DNA of 63,451 nt, counting the filler, from Choristocarpus tenellus KU-1152 (lineage: Eukaryota > Protista > Phaeophyceae): NCBI GenBank assembly GCA_964200185.2. It is 9 parts of 9 records of this genome, joined end to end, with 100 filler letters (N's around TTAATTAATTAA, not from the genome) between each part and the next. Parts side by side here need not be neighbours in the genome. Positions count along the whole stretch, not along the records: positions 57,474 to 63,451 come from CAXNAD020009258.1; 8 more parts are not named here. The stretch is one strand, 5' to 3'. Position numbers and translations under genes: made by a program. Position 1 is the first letter of the stretch; every line of letters begins with the position of its first letter. Below are positions 62,801-63,451 of this stretch, piece by piece. The notes under the pieces are model-generated. The model searched no databases. It was not told the origin of the DNA and saw only the letters and a list, made by a program, of their open reading frames with translations.

Positions 62801-63451
62801 ACGAGTGGTAAGGAAAGGTTTGTATGATCCTTAAGAGAGTGGGCGGTGAGGAGACCCGAGATAGTGCGACCGACGTGACATCATAGAACACGACGTAAAT
62901 ATAAACTACTATGTCATAATATGTATTATTATGTCCGTTGACGAGATGTTGGGCAGCTTGTGATAGGGGAGAAATAAAATATGAAGTTTGTGAAGTAATT
63001 CAAATTTTTGAGTATGAGAAGGGAAAGTTTATAAAGTTATCTGAGTTTTGTGGGCGGAAGAATTCTGGTTGGTTGGGGGCACAGGGCAAGGAAGGGGACA
63101 AGAAAGAAAATAAGAATCAGCAAAGGTACGAAGAGTTAAGGAGTGAGTGGTAGGTTAAAGAAACGAGTGGTAGGCAGAGGCACGAGGAATGAGGGGATGG
63201 TCAGTATTGAATTGAAGAGGAAATCTGATGCTGGGGCAACAAGGAGAGTGGTGCTAAATCAAGAGGACCCCCGAGCAAGCTTTCCTGCCCACCCGCCCTG
63301 TCGATTGCTCACGACCGACTTGGATCTTAGGGTGGGAGGAGGGGTCAAGTTTGGGCGGGGTAGGTGTCTTCTAGCTCAAAGGCGCGGTAGGAAGGGGATG
63401 ATGAAGGGGGGTTTCTTGGATGATTGGGGAGTGGTGTTGAGTGGTGTGGGG

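Overview
Eukaryotic nuclear DNA, intron-rich with GT-AG introns, probably from a stramenopile/brown-alga-like lineage (inference from gene style). It is not one locus: nine short contigs are joined by artificial 100-bp N-TTAATTAATTAA-N linkers. Genes spliced by hand from the sequence: a complete 11-exon secreted spherulin-4/GH135 hydrolase fused to 2 EGF and 2 cystine-knot-like modules; a 3'-partial ankyrin + TRAF-type zinc-finger gene lying head-to-head with a complete 5-exon Cu/Zn-SOD-fold gene that has lost three metal-ligand His and both disulfide Cys; single or terminal exons of DNA ligase I, a UGT-type glycosyltransferase and a syntaxin; and a tRNA-Lys(UUU). The rest is dominated by related MITEs with AAAGTATC-core TIRs and 4-bp TSDs (Sola2-like) and by decayed LINE and Gypsy relics. 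The most striking observation is a MITE at 47764-48525 carrying ~575 bp of intronless, AT-rich, bacterial-looking DNA: pseudogenised pieces of a Rickettsia-like cationic amino-acid permease and a YeeZ-like SDR epimerase. All family assignments come from motif recognition, not database searches.
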